Origin: Eledone cirrhosa | Taxonomy: Eukaryota | Direction: 5' to 3' | NCBI GenBank assembly: GCA_964016885.1 | Contig: OZ024748.1 | Span: 50,592,001 to 50,656,000, forward strand | Length of the DNA: 64,000 nucleotides | Shown: positions 61,375 to 64,000 of the stretch, in pieces | Position numbering within the stretch: position 1 is the first letter of the stretch | Layout of the letters: each line of letters opens with the position of its first letter | Position numbers and translations under genes: made by a program | The notes under the pieces: generated by a model | Told to the model about the DNA's origin: nothing | The model's input: the letters and a program-made list of their open reading frames with translations, nothing else | Database searches by the model: none

Positions 61375-61771
61375 GGAATACAGAGTCAAGATAAAATATT
61401 TAAAAAATAATGAATAAAACAAAGAAACAGTTCCTTATATTAAACAAAAAAAGTTCATTATTTAACGATCGTTTCTAGGACATATATGTGTTAGAATTGG
61501 CATGCATATTCAATATTTTGAATATGCATGCCAATTCTAACACATATATGTCCTAGAAACGATCGTTAAATAATGAACTTTTTTTGTTTAATATAAGGAA
61601 CTGTTTCTTTGTTTTATTCATTATTTTTTTAATATTTTATCTTGACTCTGTATTCCGTTTATCTTTCACCGAAAGTGATTTTTGAATGCATCTCTTCTTT
61701 CCATGATATCCGGATTACATTGAGTTCTTCATACGGATTGGACACTACCGTAAACTTTTGGTAGATTTATC

Positions 61772-61774
<3 letters not shown>
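61371..61774 (+). mobile_element. Fold-back TA-inserted element, family C, with ~143-bp near-perfect hairpin
   Basis: Arms 61371-61513 and 61518-61660 with loop TATT. Arms carry GAAAC-GATC-GTT, an HHR 3' half. Confidence 0.8.
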
Positions 61775-61809
<35 letters not shown>

Positions 61810-61810
<1 letters not shown>

Positions 61811-61956
61811 TCGGTGGAAATATCCAAGGGTAAGAAGACTTAGTCTATAAGACGAGTTTAGGATATGTAATTACAACAGTGACATAAACAATTATTTAAG
61901 TTTCAGCCAGAACCCAACGAAACTTAAGTACATGATTATGTCACTGTTGTAATTAT
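61810..61956 (-). mobile_element. Fold-back TA-inserted element, family D
   Basis: Arms 61863-61904 and 61919-61960; GAAAC-TTAA-GTA HHR 3' half. Confidence 0.65.
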
Positions 61957-61997
61957 ATATATATATATATATAAATATATATATATAAATATATATT

Positions 61998-62038
<41 letters not shown>

Positions 62039-62292
62039 TTATTCATTTATTTATTTATTTATAATCATAGTTTAGTGTTTCTGTAGAAGTCGGTCGATCG
62101 ATCAGGATTTTCGAGACAAGAAGGAGATAGTGACGTAAGCACTACCATGCTACTCAATATAACGATCTTCCACGATCAATGAACCCTCTGAAACAATCGT
62201 AATACAAGGAACTAATTATCTACCCATCTCAGACATTTGTCACACGCATACACACACACACACACACACACACATACACACACACAGACATA

Positions 62293-62341
<49 letters not shown>

Positions 62342-62344
62342 GTA

Positions 62345-62454
<110 letters not shown>

Positions 62455-62584
62455 TATATGTATATATGTGTGAGTGTGTGTGTGTTTGCGTGTCTGTGTG
62501 TGTGAGAGTGAGTGTGTGTGTGACAAATGTCAGACATAGTTAGATAATTAGAAGCTTTGGGTTTGATGTATAACATTAGCCGCT

Positions 62585-62756
62585 CGGTAGATGGTCGGAC
62601 GCCATGCTTTGGCGTATAGAGTTACGGCTCTTGCCATTCTGAGTTCAAATCCCGCCGAGATTAACTTTGCCTTTCATCCTTACGGGGTCGATAAAATAAA
62701 GTACCAGTAATGCACTGGGTTATTGATGGCCTTGTGCCAAAACGTAGAAACAATTA
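62585..62756 (+). mobile_element. SINE S1
   Basis: Near-full head, core and tail. Confidence 0.9.
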
Positions 62757-63386
62757 TGCACTCTACTACACGCACCGCTGAATCGGGCAAACATAGTGTC
62801 AACTGTGGAGTTACCGATTACTAGATATTGGCCTACCCAATTAATTTACTACACACTATTATGCTATTAAGGCATTTTTTACCCATTAAAATTAGCAGAT
62901 ATGTAGCTTTGTGTAGGCAAGCATGCGTGCCTGTGTGTGTGTTGTGTAATACAAGAATGCCACGGGGATACGACGAGATTTTAAATGCATCGCAATTAAA
63001 TACTTTTGACAATTTACAAGAAAAGATTTTTAGCAGGAACGAAAAAAATAAAATCCATATATTTTCATATCTACGTTATTTTTCATAATTTAGTTTTTTG
63101 TCAATGAAGTCCTAGCATGAGATACTTAATGATTTAAATACAAGTCAATTATGAATAAAGTAATTAAAGAAATATGCGGTTAATAGAATAATGTTGGAAT
63201 ATGGGGTGGTGGTGGAGGGGGGGGGGCTGGCTTCAGCAGCAGCATTGACGAATGAGGATCAGATTGCTACAACGTTTCAAATACGAAATATTGACTGTCT
63301 AATGCATAATAGAATCAATACAACGTTTAATAACAAACGAACATACTGTTGTTGCTGCTACTGCTACTACTACTAATTCAAATAAT

Positions 63387-63534
63387 AATTGTTTCTACTT
63401 TTGGCACAAGGCCAGCTATTATCCCAGAGTATTACTGGTACTTTATTTTATCGACCCTGTAAGGATGAAAGGAAAAGTTAACCTCGGCGGGATTTGAACT
63501 CAGAATAGCAAGGGCCGTAACTCTATACGCCAAA

Positions 63535-63537
<3 letters not shown>
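63387..63537 (-). mobile_element. SINE S1, head truncated at a (TA)n tract
   Basis: Core on the minus strand. Confidence 0.88.
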
Positions 63538-63615
<78 letters not shown>

Positions 63616-63724
63616 TTTATTAAAATAACAGATTAAAGTTTAAGCAAAGAGTCGCTGCTTTATCCTTATCGAGCCCTCTTTGGATTTTAGTCTTCAAAAT
63701 TATTATATATATATACATATATAT

Positions 63725-63783
<59 letters not shown>

Positions 63784-63784
63784 C

Positions 63785-63833
63785 GTGGAAGGCGCGTGGC
63801 TGAGTGGTTAGAGAATTGGAGTGGTTAGAGAAT
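63785..63833 (+). mobile_element. Isolated tRNA-like SINE head fragment
   Basis: ggcgcgtggctgagtggttagag (A-box-like) with a short duplication. Confidence 0.45.
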
Positions 63834-64000
63834 ATATATATATATATATATATATTCTTAATTTAAAGGCATTAATTCACATGTAAATTCAGAACGATTT
63901 CTGTTTACCATACAACTGTTTTTAGACACGTGATGGCATTGAAGTGTAATATAGTGGTTACATATGAAAGAAATAATTGATTTCACGTGTGCCTTTCTCA

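Overview
AT-rich, non-coding eukaryotic DNA dominated by (TA)n, (CA)n, (GAT)n and (CAA)n microsatellites and minisatellites. The dispersed SINE families resemble those I recall from octopod cephalopods; the organism is an inference. I see no intact protein-coding gene, and nearly all ORFs in the track are translations of simple repeats. Conventional features are an intron-containing tRNA-Tyr(GTA) gene (3433-3526) with an inverted degenerate copy (2006-2068), about 25 copies of a tRNA-derived SINE with 12-18 bp target-site duplications, 3' fragments of RTE, RTE-X-like and Dong/R4-like LINEs, and two TIR-bounded elements. The main observation is that many short unique islands inside (TA)n tracts carry type I hammerhead ribozyme (HHR) folds. 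There are at least 8-9 sequence-distinct examples, five with a complete CUGAnGA/GAAA core. Several recurring families (A-D) form fold-back palindromes centred just upstream of the ribozyme GAAA. This points to a diverse, TA-microsatellite-targeted population of Penelope-like (PLE) or retrozyme-like retroelements with snap-back 5' inversions. All folds were read by eye, not computed.
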